Below are positions 1-8,467 of a stretch of 64,000 nucleotides of DNA, in pieces. The notes under the pieces are model-generated. The model was not told the origin of the DNA and did no database searches. It was given only the letters and a program-made list of their open reading frames with translations. Origin of the DNA: a virus (Duplodnaviria > Caudoviricetes); IMG/VR virus record IMGVR_UViG_3300046328_000530, positions 98 to 64,097 of that record; one strand, written 5' to 3'. The translations under genes were made by a program, and so were the position numbers. Each line of letters starts with the position of its first letter. Position 1 is the stretch's first letter.

Positions 1-319
1 TTGTTACGTTTTTATGCCAGTAAATCATACCTCCTTTTAATCCGAAATAGTTAGCACCCCAAATGATTTGCTTTTTACTTACTCTAAAAAGTTGCTCAAA
101 ATATTCATCATTTGGTATTGCATTATCCCAATTAGTTTTTTTGTAGGTATTGATTTTAGCCATTGATGTTTTTTCGTGCCTATCACTATTTTTGCCATTG
201 TTTTTGTTATCAGCATCAATACCATAAGGTGGGTCAACTATGGCTAAATCATAGTATTTATCAGGTTTACTTTTCATAAACTCAATGCAGTCTATATTAT
301 AAAATTCAATTTTTGCCAT
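1..319 (-). CDS. DNA adenine/N4-cytosine methyltransferase (beta class), N-terminal part; runs off the window start and continues at 64000-63753
   Basis: Manual translation from ATG at 319: MAKIEFYNIDCIEFMKSKPDKYYDLAIVDPPYG...FRVSKKQIIWGANYF. Has the DPPY motif and is a close paralog of the 62922 MTase. Confidence 0.9.
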   Translation of the reverse strand, partial: MAKIEFYNIDCIEFMKSKPDKYYDLAIVDPPYGIDADNKNNGKNSDRHEKTSMAKINTYKKTNWDNAIPNDEYFEQLFRVSKKQIIWGANYFGLKGGMIYWHKNVT

Positions 320-374
320 CCATCTTTTTTTCTTTTTTTTATTTAGTGCTTCGATTAAACATTCTGCTAAAAAT

Positions 375-409
375 CCCTACTGCCTATAACAGCGGTTTTG
401 TGCTATTTT
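375..409 (+). repeat. collapsed attC-like site (inverse core GCCTATAAC, 4 nt, core-like GTTTTGTGC)
   Basis: CCCTACTGCCTATAAC (375-390) is the exact reverse complement of GTTATAGGCAGTAGGG (63677-63692). 395-409 matches the reverse complement of 915-929 at 12/15. Confidence 0.7.
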
Positions 410-857
410 AGGACAGAACCTGCTCAATGACAGATTTTTCAATTATGATACCACGACAATACAATTCGCCATCTTCCATAATGTCAAATGTGGCGTGTGG
501 CAAATCGGACTTGATACGCCAAGAACATTCCAAATCATCAGGACACCATTCTGCGACAACTTCAACTTTTGGTAATTCAAAATCCAATTCTTTGTCGTCC
601 ATAATTTCCTGCACTTCTTTAAAATCATCTTCACTCATAATATCAATTTTACCACCTTTCTTTTTGACAAGTAAAGCCGAACCACCATCGTATGCCCCGA
701 CTTCATCATATACAATACCACGAAATTCTAACAAGTCGTCACTTGCACCAAAGCAAACTAATAGACCGTTTTCCTTTGCCAATTTTTCTTCATCTTTTGT
801 AATTTCATCACGGTATTGGCGACCGTTTAAAAGTTCTGCGAATTGTTCTTTGTTCAT
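408..857 (-). CDS. conserved phage hypothetical protein (cassette cargo)
   Basis: 149 aa acidic ORF with GASDDLLEFRG motif, flanked by attC-like sites. Confidence 0.75.
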   Translation of the reverse strand: MNKEQFAELLNGRQYRDEITKDEEKLAKENGLLVCFGASDDLLEFRGIVYDEVGAYDGGSALLVKKKGGKIDIMSEDDFKEVQEIMDDKELDFELPKVEVVAEWCPDDLECSWRIKSDLPHATFDIMEDGELYCRGIIIEKSVIEQVLS

Positions 858-920
858 TTTTTTTTATTTTTAAATTGTTACTAAATAATTATTTGACACT
901 TGACGAAACCGAAAAAAACG

Positions 921-1050
921 GCACATAACAGGTGTTTGGCAAAAAAGCCCTTTTGTATTTCTATTTGACATTTGTACTAATTTTAAAAATTTGTAATTCT
1001 ATTGAATAGTCGGTTAGGGCTTCTTCGCCAAGCACCCGACCGTTATGGGC
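921..1050 (+). repeat. attC-like hairpin site, 130 bp
   Basis: GCACATAAC-A-GGTGTTTGGCAAAAAAGCCC ... GGGCTTCTTCGCCAAGCACC-CGACC-GTTATGGGC imperfect inverted repeat. Confidence 0.85.
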
Positions 1051-1069
1051 AATTGCAAGAAACACCCTG

Positions 1070-1843
1070 CTAATCGAAAAGCCCTTTTTGTTTTTCATAA
1101 TTTGTTATTAATATTTCTGTTCTACGATTTTTTAAGTTTTTCCTTTCGCCAATTATTATGACATTTAAACCTTGTTCTTTTGCTTGGTTAAGAATAAACT
1201 CATTATCAAATTCACTCATTGCAAATTTGCACCCAGTAGCTTGTAAGCAGTTAAATAAATCAATACTATCCTGTACAGTAAATGAATTGCTATAATTATC
1301 ATTCGTTCCTAAATAGGGTGGGTCGCAATAGAAAAAAGATTTTGCCTCGTCATTCCGTCCGTCCGTGTTAAATGTAAGTGTTTTAAAATATTTTCTAAAA
1401 TCATAATTAGTGAATTTACAATCATTAATCATTTCATATGTTTTGTCAATTACTTTAAAAAAAATGTTTTTGTTTTTTGTGAAGGACAAACTCATTCCAC
1501 TACTCACTACACCAATAGTAGTTAAATTGCTAAAAAATAAAAATCTTAAAGCTTTTTGTATAGGGTCTGTTTGTTCATTACTTTTGTAATATTCAAATAA
1601 ATCCGAATGAATAGGCATTAAATAAAACGCTTTTTCTAATTCTTCTTTTTGATTAATTACGACTTGAAATAAATTAAAAACTTCACTATCCAAATCATTA
1701 ACTACATTATATTTCGCTTTTGGTTTATTAAAAAACATACCACCAGCCCCAAAAAACGGCTCAAAATATATTTTATGGTCAGGAAAATATTTAATTATAT
1801 CCTGTGCTATTGCTTGTTTATTTCCTAATCTTCTTAATATCAT
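1070..1843 (-). CDS. Dam-like (D12 class) N6-adenine DNA methyltransferase
   Basis: RRLGNK, YFEPFFGAG, NDLD, YCDPPY and TEILITNY motifs; likely start MILRRLG at 1843. Confidence 0.92.
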   Translation of the reverse strand: MILRRLGNKQAIAQDIIKYFPDHKIYFEPFFGAGGMFFNKPKAKYNVVNDLDSEVFNLFQVVINQKEELEKAFYLMPIHSDLFEYYKSNEQTDPIQKALRFLFFSNLTTIGVVSSGMSLSFTKNKNIFFKVIDKTYEMINDCKFTNYDFRKYFKTLTFNTDGRNDEAKSFFYCDPPYLGTNDNYSNSFTVQDSIDLFNCLQATGCKFAMSEFDNEFILNQAKEQGLNVIIIGERKNLKNRRTEILITNYEKQKGLFD

Positions 1844-1875
1844 TTGACTAAATTTTGAGTACCCGAAAAGCAACT

Positions 1876-2010
1876 GCCCATAACAAGGGTTTTGCAAAAG
1901 CAGGGCATTAGTGGTTTATTGAACATTTTTACTACTATTAAACATTGTGCTAAATTTGAACTTTCGTACCTTGAAGCCCCACCTTCGGCAATACCCGACC
2001 CGTTAGCGGT
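1876..2010 (+). repeat. attC-like hairpin site
   Basis: GCCCATAAC-AA-GGGTTTTGCAAAAGCAGGGC ... GCCCCACCTTCGGCAATACCC-GACCC-GTTAGCGGT. Confidence 0.85.
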
Positions 2011-2014
2011 AATA

Positions 2015-2383
2015 CTACCATTCCTCACTATCAGGCAACGTATCTTCAAATCTTTCGTGTTGTTCACCGACAATTTTTAAGTCTTTTATATTTTCACATC
2101 GCATCATTGACATTCGCAAACCAATATTATTACCTATACTTAATTGATGATTTAACCAGCCGACACAATGTTCTGCATTTTCGCCAGTATCTTTTGAATG
2201 ATGACAAGCCATTATTTTCAAGGCTCTACCAAATCCAAAATCATTTTCTTTTGCAATAGTATCTTGCAAATTCTTGTGTTTAATCTCACAATATCCATCA
2301 GGAATTTCGTAAGGGTCTGTATCAACTTTCCACGGACATTTTGCACATTGGACAGTTCTTTTAAGTTTAAATTTTTCTGACAT
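2015..2383 (-). CDS. Cys/His-rich phage protein (DUF6283-like), cassette cargo
   Basis: QCAKCPW...MACHHS...HCVGWL pattern. Confidence 0.7.
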   Translation of the reverse strand: MSEKFKLKRTVQCAKCPWKVDTDPYEIPDGYCEIKHKNLQDTIAKENDFGFGRALKIMACHHSKDTGENAEHCVGWLNHQLSIGNNIGLRMSMMRCENIKDLKIVGEQHERFEDTLPDSEEW

Positions 2384-2418
2384 AATAATTCAAAACCCCT
2401 TGTGAATTAAACCGTACT

Positions 2419-2553
2419 ACCGCTAACAAGGGTTTGTAGCAATAGGGGCAGAAGTGCTTTAATTGAGCTGTGTACTTTTAATCAGCTTTTGTGGTAGGTT
2501 GAACAGTAGTGCTATAAATCCCCTATTGCTACAAGCCCAAACCGTTAGGCGAT
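2419..2553 (+). repeat. attC-like hairpin site
   Basis: ACCGCTAAC-AA-GGGTTTGTAGCAATAGGGG ... CCCCTATTGCTACAAGCCC-AAACC-GTTAGGCGAT. Confidence 0.85.
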
Positions 2554-3258
2554 ATTGTAGAGCGACCAGTTCCATATCAAATTGTGTTCTTCGACATTAA
2601 TACAGAATTGACCTGTTGGAAAATCTGAACGAACATATTTTGCCAAAAAAACAACTTTGCCTTTTCGCTCAACACGATAAACCATCCCTTCAGGAAGTTC
2701 AACGCTTTCAATTCCTTTTGTCTTTTCATTTAATAATGGCAAAAGTTGTTCAACTGTTATCGGTTGTCCTTCGTGTAATTGGCGTGGCAGTTGCAATCCG
2801 TATCCAATTGCTTTTGCTCCAAGTTCTTCAAATAAAACACGTTCATTATTTGGCGTGAAATAATCAAAAAACACTATTGGTTCAACTTCAATTCTGTAAA
2901 CAAGTCCGTGAGCTTGTGCCAGCCATTCTCCTGTTATTCTTTCGCCATTGTTTAGCATATCTGTAAAAAGCAATTCGCGTTTTTTTACCCAATCAGAAAA
3001 GTAATGATGTTGTTTATATGGGCTTGTACTTGCTTCATAGCCTGAACGGGTTAAGGCAAATATTTTGTTTTCAAACTTTGCCACGCCAACATTTGAACCA
3101 TCATACTTTTCAAACACTAATATGTTATCGTGCTTATCTCTTGTTTTTAAAGTCAAAATTCGTTCTTGACCTTCTCCAATGTAATAATCCCCTTCGCCTA
3201 ACTTCGAGTTATGCAGGTGTGGGATTGAGCCATAATTTTTTCTTCCTATTGGTTTCAT
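2545..3258 (-). CDS. ATP-dependent RNA ligase family nucleotidyltransferase
   Basis: Motif I FEKYDGSN, GEW, FFD, PEGMV and AKYVR. The stop codon lies inside the GTTA core. Confidence 0.8.
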   Translation of the reverse strand: MKPIGRKNYGSIPHLHNSKLGEGDYYIGEGQERILTLKTRDKHDNILVFEKYDGSNVGVAKFENKIFALTRSGYEASTSPYKQHHYFSDWVKKRELLFTDMLNNGERITGEWLAQAHGLVYRIEVEPIVFFDYFTPNNERVLFEELGAKAIGYGLQLPRQLHEGQPITVEQLLPLLNEKTKGIESVELPEGMVYRVERKGKVVFLAKYVRSDFPTGQFCINVEEHNLIWNWSLYNIA

Positions 3259-3284
3259 ATTTCAAATTTACTGGTTAAAAAACT

Positions 3285-3367
3285 GCGGGTAACAACAGCT
3301 AACCAAAAGTGGGCGAACTTTTACTACTGTATAGCCCGCCTTCGGTTAGCTGCAAAACGTTATGCCT
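3285..3367 (+). repeat. short attC-like hairpin site (about 83 bp)
   Basis: GCGGGTAAC-AA-CAGCTAACCAAAAGTGGGC ... GCCCGCCTTCGGTTAGCTG-CAAAAC-GTTATGCCT. Confidence 0.8.
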
Positions 3368-3599
3368 TATACTTACCGAGAAAGACATGATTGTCTTCAA
3401 AATCCTTTTTCATCCTAAAATGCTTGTGTTCGTAATTGACATTCTGAAAGTGATGTTCGCCATTTTTAACTCCAATATACTTATAGTCAATAAATGAAGG
3501 TAATTGCCAATATCCATCTTTATAAAGGTGATAATGCTTGATTTTAACTTTATCCCCGACTTGTAAATCAGAAAAAGTACAAGGCATAACGTTTTGCAC
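3360..3599 (-). CDS. small hypothetical protein (cassette cargo)
   Basis: 79 aa ORF bounded by a 24-bp near-perfect inverted repeat (3351-3374 / 3575-3598); stop codon in the core. Confidence 0.6.
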   Translation of the reverse strand: MQNVMPCTFSDLQVGDKVKIKHYHLYKDGYWQLPSFIDYKYIGVKNGEHHFQNVNYEHKHFRMKKDFEDNHVFLGKYKA

Positions 3600-3623
3600 A
3601 ATACTACGAAAGTGCGTTAATTA
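3582..3623 (-). repeat. miniature attC-like site of opposite polarity
   Basis: AGGCATAAC-GTTTT-GCAC...GTGC-GTTAATT. The stop codon of the 3617 MTase lies in the GTTA core. Confidence 0.55.
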
Positions 3624-4222
3624 AACCATTTGAGTTCAGTAGTTCCAACAAAACCTTTTTCCCACACATACCAAGCATAAGCAACAGCACTTCCACCTCC
3701 AGCAACCATCTTTTCAAATTCAGCATTTTTTGCACACATCAGCCGAGAACTTGAAACATAAATTGTCTTTGGTGGGTTTGATAGGAATAGATTTTTTCTA
3801 CCTTTCCCTTCCATAAATTGTAATTTCAAAAACATTGCAACCTTGTTTCCTGCTGGTATTATCTGCAATGATTTTTCTACAAACTCCTGTGCATATTTGT
3901 AAGGCGGGTTTGTAATTATATCTCCATTCCATTTAAGGTTATCTATTCCTAAAAAATCTGTTTCTATTTCGCCAAATCCTCTGTCCATCAAATCGCTACT
4001 CCTTACATTATAGCCTTTGCTTTCAAATACCTTGCTTAAATGTCCTTCGCCACAAGCACACTCCCAAATATTTGGCGAAAAAGTTTCAAGTTCTAAAAGC
4101 AATTCGGCTGCTTTCGGTGTGGTTGCATAGTAATCTTCATTCTGCCTTTCTTTATCTGTATGGTTGCTTGCACCTAATGTTTTGTAGATGCTGTTGCTGT
4201 TTCCTGTCCAATCTTTTGTCAT
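3617..4222 (-). CDS. phage N6-adenine DNA methyltransferase (NPPY type)
   Basis: DYYATTP, IWECACGEGHL, DIITNPPY and YAWYVW motifs. Confidence 0.88.
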   Translation of the reverse strand: MTKDWTGNSNSIYKTLGASNHTDKERQNEDYYATTPKAAELLLELETFSPNIWECACGEGHLSKVFESKGYNVRSSDLMDRGFGEIETDFLGIDNLKWNGDIITNPPYKYAQEFVEKSLQIIPAGNKVAMFLKLQFMEGKGRKNLFLSNPPKTIYVSSSRLMCAKNAEFEKMVAGGGSAVAYAWYVWEKGFVGTTELKWFN

Positions 4223-4246
4223 TTCGTTATGATTTAATTAAATTTT

Positions 4247-4444
4247 TTATTTTTTGTATTCATCGGTTATATCCAATGTGGAATTATCCAGAAAGTCTGT
4301 AAGTTTAGATGATTTATAAACAGATAGATTTCGTTCGCCACGAAGGCACATTGATAAGTAGTTTTTTCCAACTCCTATTTTGTCTGCAAGAAAGTAAACC
4401 TTAAATCCAGATTCTCTCACTTTTATCTTTAATGATTCGTTCAT
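4247..4444 (-). CDS. XRE-type helix-turn-helix regulator
   Basis: FLADKIGVGKNYLSMCLRGER HTH pattern. Confidence 0.7.
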   Translation of the reverse strand: MNESLKIKVRESGFKVYFLADKIGVGKNYLSMCLRGERNLSVYKSSKLTDFLDNSTLDITDEYKK

Positions 4445-4821
4445 GGAATCAAATAAAGTAATTATTATTGATAACAAAAATGCTAATTATAAACATGTTT
4501 TACACATTTACGATGTGACTATTGTTATTTAAAATGCATACAATTGGAAGATAGTTAGTTGTATTTTAATGAATGGATTTTTGTATGTGGAAAATACGTT
4601 TTCACTTGCGTTAAATACGTGTCACTTATTTTCAGACTCGAAGATTATCTCCCTGCGAATGCGGTAAAGGTCAATATTTTTGAATTTACTTTGCGGTAAT
4701 TCACGTTCTATTTCCTTTGATTTAAGCTCTTTTTCAGGCTTTATGGGAGGTTTAATTGCCATGATTTATATAAATGCTTTTTTTGGGTATAAATACGCTT
4801 AAATTGGCTGATAATTCCAAT

Positions 4822-4855
4822 AAAAAAACCCTGTTGAAATCTAACAACAGGGTTT
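4822..4855 (-). terminator. intrinsic terminator downstream of groES
   Basis: AAACCCTGTTG/CAACAGGGTTT stem with a U-tract on the minus strand. Confidence 0.75.
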
Positions 4856-4905
4856 AACCTAAATACATGAAAAAACTATAAAATCAATACAAATATAGTA
4901 ATTAA

Positions 4906-5202
4906 TTACACCAATATTGCATATATATCTTGCTCTCTCATTATCAAATAATCTTCTCCATCAATATTAATCTCTGTTCCTGCATTCTTTCCGAAAAGAA
5001 CCTTATCTCCTGTTTTAGTTTGCATTGGAATTAAATCTCCCGTTGTTTGTGCTATTCTTCCTTCTCCAGTACCTATTATAGTTCCTGTTTGTGGTTTTTC
5101 CTGAGCAGTTTCAGGAATGTATAATCCGGATTTTCTTACTGTTTCTGGCGAGTCGGCTTTTATAACCACCCTATCTCCGTGAGGTGTAATTGGTACTATC
5201 AT
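4906..5202 (-). CDS. groES: co-chaperonin GroES (Cpn10)
   Basis: PHGDRVVIK, SGLYIPETAQEKP, GDKVLFGKNAGTEI, YLIMREQDI. Confidence 0.95.
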   Translation of the reverse strand: MIVPITPHGDRVVIKADSPETVRKSGLYIPETAQEKPQTGTIIGTGEGRIAQTTGDLIPMQTKTGDKVLFGKNAGTEINIDGEDYLIMREQDIYAILV

Positions 5203-5204
5203 GT

Positions 5205-5390
5205 TTAAATTATGAATAAGTTATTGATTTTTAGCTCTAATTGTTCTTTCAAAGATACTAATTTTTGCTTTATTAGCTTTGATTCTTCCAATACTGTTTC
5301 TACCCTGAACTTGTAATTGGTGTAATCACGCAATGATACAAGATCGGATATAGTTAATGATTGTAATTCTTCATAATTAATCTCCATCAT
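5205..5390 (-). CDS. hypothetical protein
   Basis: 61 aa ORF packed against groES in a minus-strand operon. Confidence 0.5.
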   Translation of the reverse strand: MMEINYEELQSLTISDLVSLRDYTNYKFRVETVLEESKLIKQKLVSLKEQLELKINNLFII

Positions 5391-5565
5391 ATTTATTTAG
5401 GAAATCGTGAATCTTTTTTGCATAATCAATAAGTTCGCTAACTGATTTATTAGGAATCGTTGAAGCTATTTTAACACATTCATACATAGTATAGCTGTTT
5501 GTGTGTTTTATCGGATGAAATTCTTCTTTTTTTGATTTTTTTTCCATTTCACTTATTTTTAATTG

Positions 5566-6018
5566 TTAATAATCTATTTCTGCTTGCTCGCCAGGCAATG
5601 GTATTGATATGGACAGAAACTCCACAGCCCACCTAACAATGTCATCAACATAGTTCATAAAATCAACCGTATTCAAATCTTTTGTCCTTCCAGTTACCTG
5701 TAATACATCACCTGTTTGCTCTGATACCAAATCTTTCTTTAAGAACTTACCCTTTAATAGTTCATGTACAACCTCTGAATTAAGTTCGTGACTTGGATAG
5801 CCAATGTCAACCATTCCTCCTATTATAGAAGGAATGCAGCACCCCCAGTAATAAGAATTCTGGTTGTTGCTCCTGCTTTTACGGTATTGCTTCACTTTTA
5901 ACAACACCTTCTTCCCAGTAAAATAAGATTTCACGTCCTGATTAAAACCATTACGGTTAATAATCTTCATTTCCCCCTTTTCGTCTACGGTAGCTGTGTA
6001 GGTTAGTTCATTTGGCAT
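5566..6018 (-). CDS. NinB-like recombination protein
   Basis: RSNNQNSYYWG and TKDLNTVDFMNYVDDI...LPLP pattern. Confidence 0.7.
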   Translation of the reverse strand: MPNELTYTATVDEKGEMKIINRNGFNQDVKSYFTGKKVLLKVKQYRKSRSNNQNSYYWGCCIPSIIGGMVDIGYPSHELNSEVVHELLKGKFLKKDLVSEQTGDVLQVTGRTKDLNTVDFMNYVDDIVRWAVEFLSISIPLPGEQAEIDY

Positions 6019-6445
6019 ACGTTATTCTATCTGGTTAATAAGCCATTGTTTAAGAAGTTTTGCCTCTTTTATACTTATCATTATTGATATTAGGTTATCT
6101 TTATCGCTTGAGTTAATAAGAATTCCTGACTTGCCATTCTTAGCGATAAGAGTAGTGCCTTTTTTTTTGTTTTCTAATAATAGTTTTTCCATAATTATTT
6201 ATTACATGTTTAAATACTGCAAACCCGTGTTTGTACTTTGTTTTTATTAAAAATAGCAAACTTATTCATACTTATGTGCATCAGATATTTGTTACTATAA
6301 TTATCTCCAGCTATTTTATAATCAAATAAATTATTGTCATAGGTAAATCGCAAAGACTTTTATACAACCAAAGCAAAATATCCTTCATTTCTAAACAATA
6401 TTCGTATTCTAATTTTTTTACTTCTTTTCATGAGTTATAAATAAT

Positions 6446-6964
6446 CTACTTCTCTTTATTTTTAGTTACGTCAATAGTTATTTTTACGTCAACACCATTC
6501 TTGAACTCAAGCATCATTCTGATAGCCTTTATCCTATTTTGCTCATCCTTAGTAAAGAAATACTCAGGGTTAGCCACGTAAACACCTCTCTTAACTTGCT
6601 GTAATAGATTCAGTTTAGATAATGTCTGAAACGATATTCTAACCGTATTATCACTATATGGCTTTTTCTTACCTACCTTATGATCTGTAAAGAACTTAAT
6701 AAAACTGCCTCTAGTCAATTCATTATTAGATATATACCCTCCTGTACTCATATTGTACAGAAGCCATTCAAGCAAATTTTTAGCACAACCCTCTATTTTC
6801 ATCAATAAAATCAACGCAGAATGATACCTTTTTACTCCACTAATTGATGAATTAAACCACCCATATTCGTACTCTTTATACTCTTCTCCATCTATACTAA
6901 CAATACAATTGATTTTCTTGACGTACTTTATTGATTTAGTCTTTTTATCCATTTTAATACTCAT
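6446..6964 (-). CDS. RepL-like winged-helix DNA-binding/replication protein
   Basis: TVRISFQTLSKLNLLQQVKRGVYVANPEYF C-terminal wHTH signature. Confidence 0.6.
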   Translation of the reverse strand: MSIKMDKKTKSIKYVKKINCIVSIDGEEYKEYEYGWFNSSISGVKRYHSALILLMKIEGCAKNLLEWLLYNMSTGGYISNNELTRGSFIKFFTDHKVGKKKPYSDNTVRISFQTLSKLNLLQQVKRGVYVANPEYFFTKDEQNRIKAIRMMLEFKNGVDVKITIDVTKNKEK

Positions 6965-6978
6965 GGTAAATATCTATT

Positions 6979-7123
6979 TAAGATAGCCACACTATCCTAT
7001 ATAGGCTGTTTTTAAACAGACTCCCAAAGATACTATATAATATCTTAATTATCAAAGTAAAATTAACAATAAATTCTGTAGTTAAGATAGCCACACTATC
7101 CTACTAAGATAGCCACACTATCC
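6979..7123. repeat. three 19-bp direct repeats TAAGATAGCCACACTATCC (iteron/operator-like)
   Basis: Copies at 6979-6997, 7083-7101 and 7105-7123 (22-bp period). Each contains the dyad GATAG-N5-CTATC. Confidence 0.9.
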
Positions 7124-7710
7124 CAACTATTTAAATAATCGCAGTCAATAGACCCTTAAACCCAATAAACACCGTTTTACAATCCTTATATAATCCAATG
7201 CTTTGCTATTCCTTCCCAACTTATCACAATTATCCATAACCTCATAATATTTTATCTAAATGACGCATATACCAAACTTATACAGAATACCTGACATAAC
7301 TAATTCCAATAATAACTACCAGAGTTAATTACTTAATTAGAAGTGACGACATCGGTAAGAATATCGGACTATCCCACACAGAACACCCCCCTATCTTTGA
7401 AAACCCAACCATGCTACCTGTCAACCGGGTGGGCATGGTTTGTAAATATATTTGATTGCTCAGTTGTATATGGCTAACTACGGCTCAACGATAGCACACA
7501 CTACAGCATGATCATGAGTTACCAGCATCTATTGCGTTGACCATTGCAATACCCAAGCTACGGATCACATCACCAATATAATTTGTTTAAATATCGTTAT
7601 AGCAGAATTAAATTTGGTTGATGCAGCTCGTTAATTAACTACCTTTGCGCATCAGGTAATAATGCCTGATTTAAAATGGCTTATTTTAAAGCGATACAAT
7701 CAATTAAAAT

Positions 7711-8097
7711 ATGAAAGGTAATACAATTGTTAAGCGAAGCGGAGAAAGTGGATTAAAAGACGTTAAAATAGGTAAATTAGGGATTACACCCTCTTTAAAA
7801 CCAAGCAGTATAATACCTTTCCTTCCATTCATTCGATTAAGCATGATATTTAAGCAAAAATTAGGGTTATCTACTCCGTGCATGTACCTATTATTCATGG
7901 TTTACGAATGTAATATTATTGGTAGTGAAGCTACTGTTAGTAAGCTGTCAGATATGCTGTACGATAGTCATAATGGGTACAGAAGTATACGTTATAGGCT
8001 AATAACGTTAATATCGAATAATATGGTGTATAAAGTGGATAATAAGTACTACTTGACAGAGCTATCTATTACAGCTATCAGTAATATACAAGTATAG
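7711..8097 (+). CDS. putative winged-helix protein
   Basis: 128 aa ORF with wHTH-like C-terminus (YYLTELS), preceded by a TACCTTTG -7 box at 7640-7647. Confidence 0.5.
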   Translation: MKGNTIVKRSGESGLKDVKIGKLGITPSLKPSSIIPFLPFIRLSMIFKQKLGLSTPCMYLLFMVYECNIIGSEATVSKLSDMLYDSHNGYRSIRYRLITLISNNMVYKVDNKYYLTELSITAISNIQV

Positions 8098-8200
8098 AAG
8101 TACATACTATATATGTATGCTATTCGATATTTAATATTGAAAATAATTTGGCTGATAATGAGAAAGTTAAGTAATAAAAAGGCACTTTAGTAAAAATAAA

Positions 8201-8232
8201 TTTGGAGAATAAAAAAATCTGCCGTACACTTG
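8201..8232 (+). promoter_or_regulatory. Bacteroidota sigmaA-type early promoter
   Basis: TTTG (8201-8204), 20 nt spacer, TACACTTG (8225-8232); one mismatch to the TAnnTTTG consensus. Confidence 0.55.
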
Positions 8233-8467
8233 TATCGTAGTAACGCAATAGATACTAATCTATAAGTTACTACCCGGTGCTAAGGCGGACAATAGCAGGC
8301 GAGCGAATCGGCCTACATTGATAAGAGTTTACTGTTACTATAAACACATGCCAGGGCGGCAAGCTCTACCGTATGCAGGTTAAAAGCATTTATCATGCAA
8401 ATAGTATGAGTGTAGAAGGAGCGAAGTCTAAAAAACTTGGATGCCTATGGTAGTGTCAACTATCTTC

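Noticed and set aside
1840-2080. ORFs 1840-2073 and 1892-2080 as independent proteins
   Set aside because: They are translations of the attC-like repeat. Only the short minus-strand leader coupled to Dam is considered possibly functional.
921-3367. CRISPR array or simple terminators as an explanation for the recurring hairpins
   Set aside because: The repeats are long, divergent and separated by whole genes, there are no cas genes, and they lack U-tracts. Cassette-wise border matching is not expected of terminators.
4226-4246. Right-hand cassette border for the 3617-4222 methyltransferase
   Set aside because: TTTAATTAAA only weakly mirrors GTTAATTAAA in very AT-rich DNA and no hairpin follows.
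7130-7700. tRNA genes or a defined terminus in the non-coding strand-switch region
   Set aside because: No cloverleaf or T-loop consensus found, and a terminus cannot be located from sequence alone.
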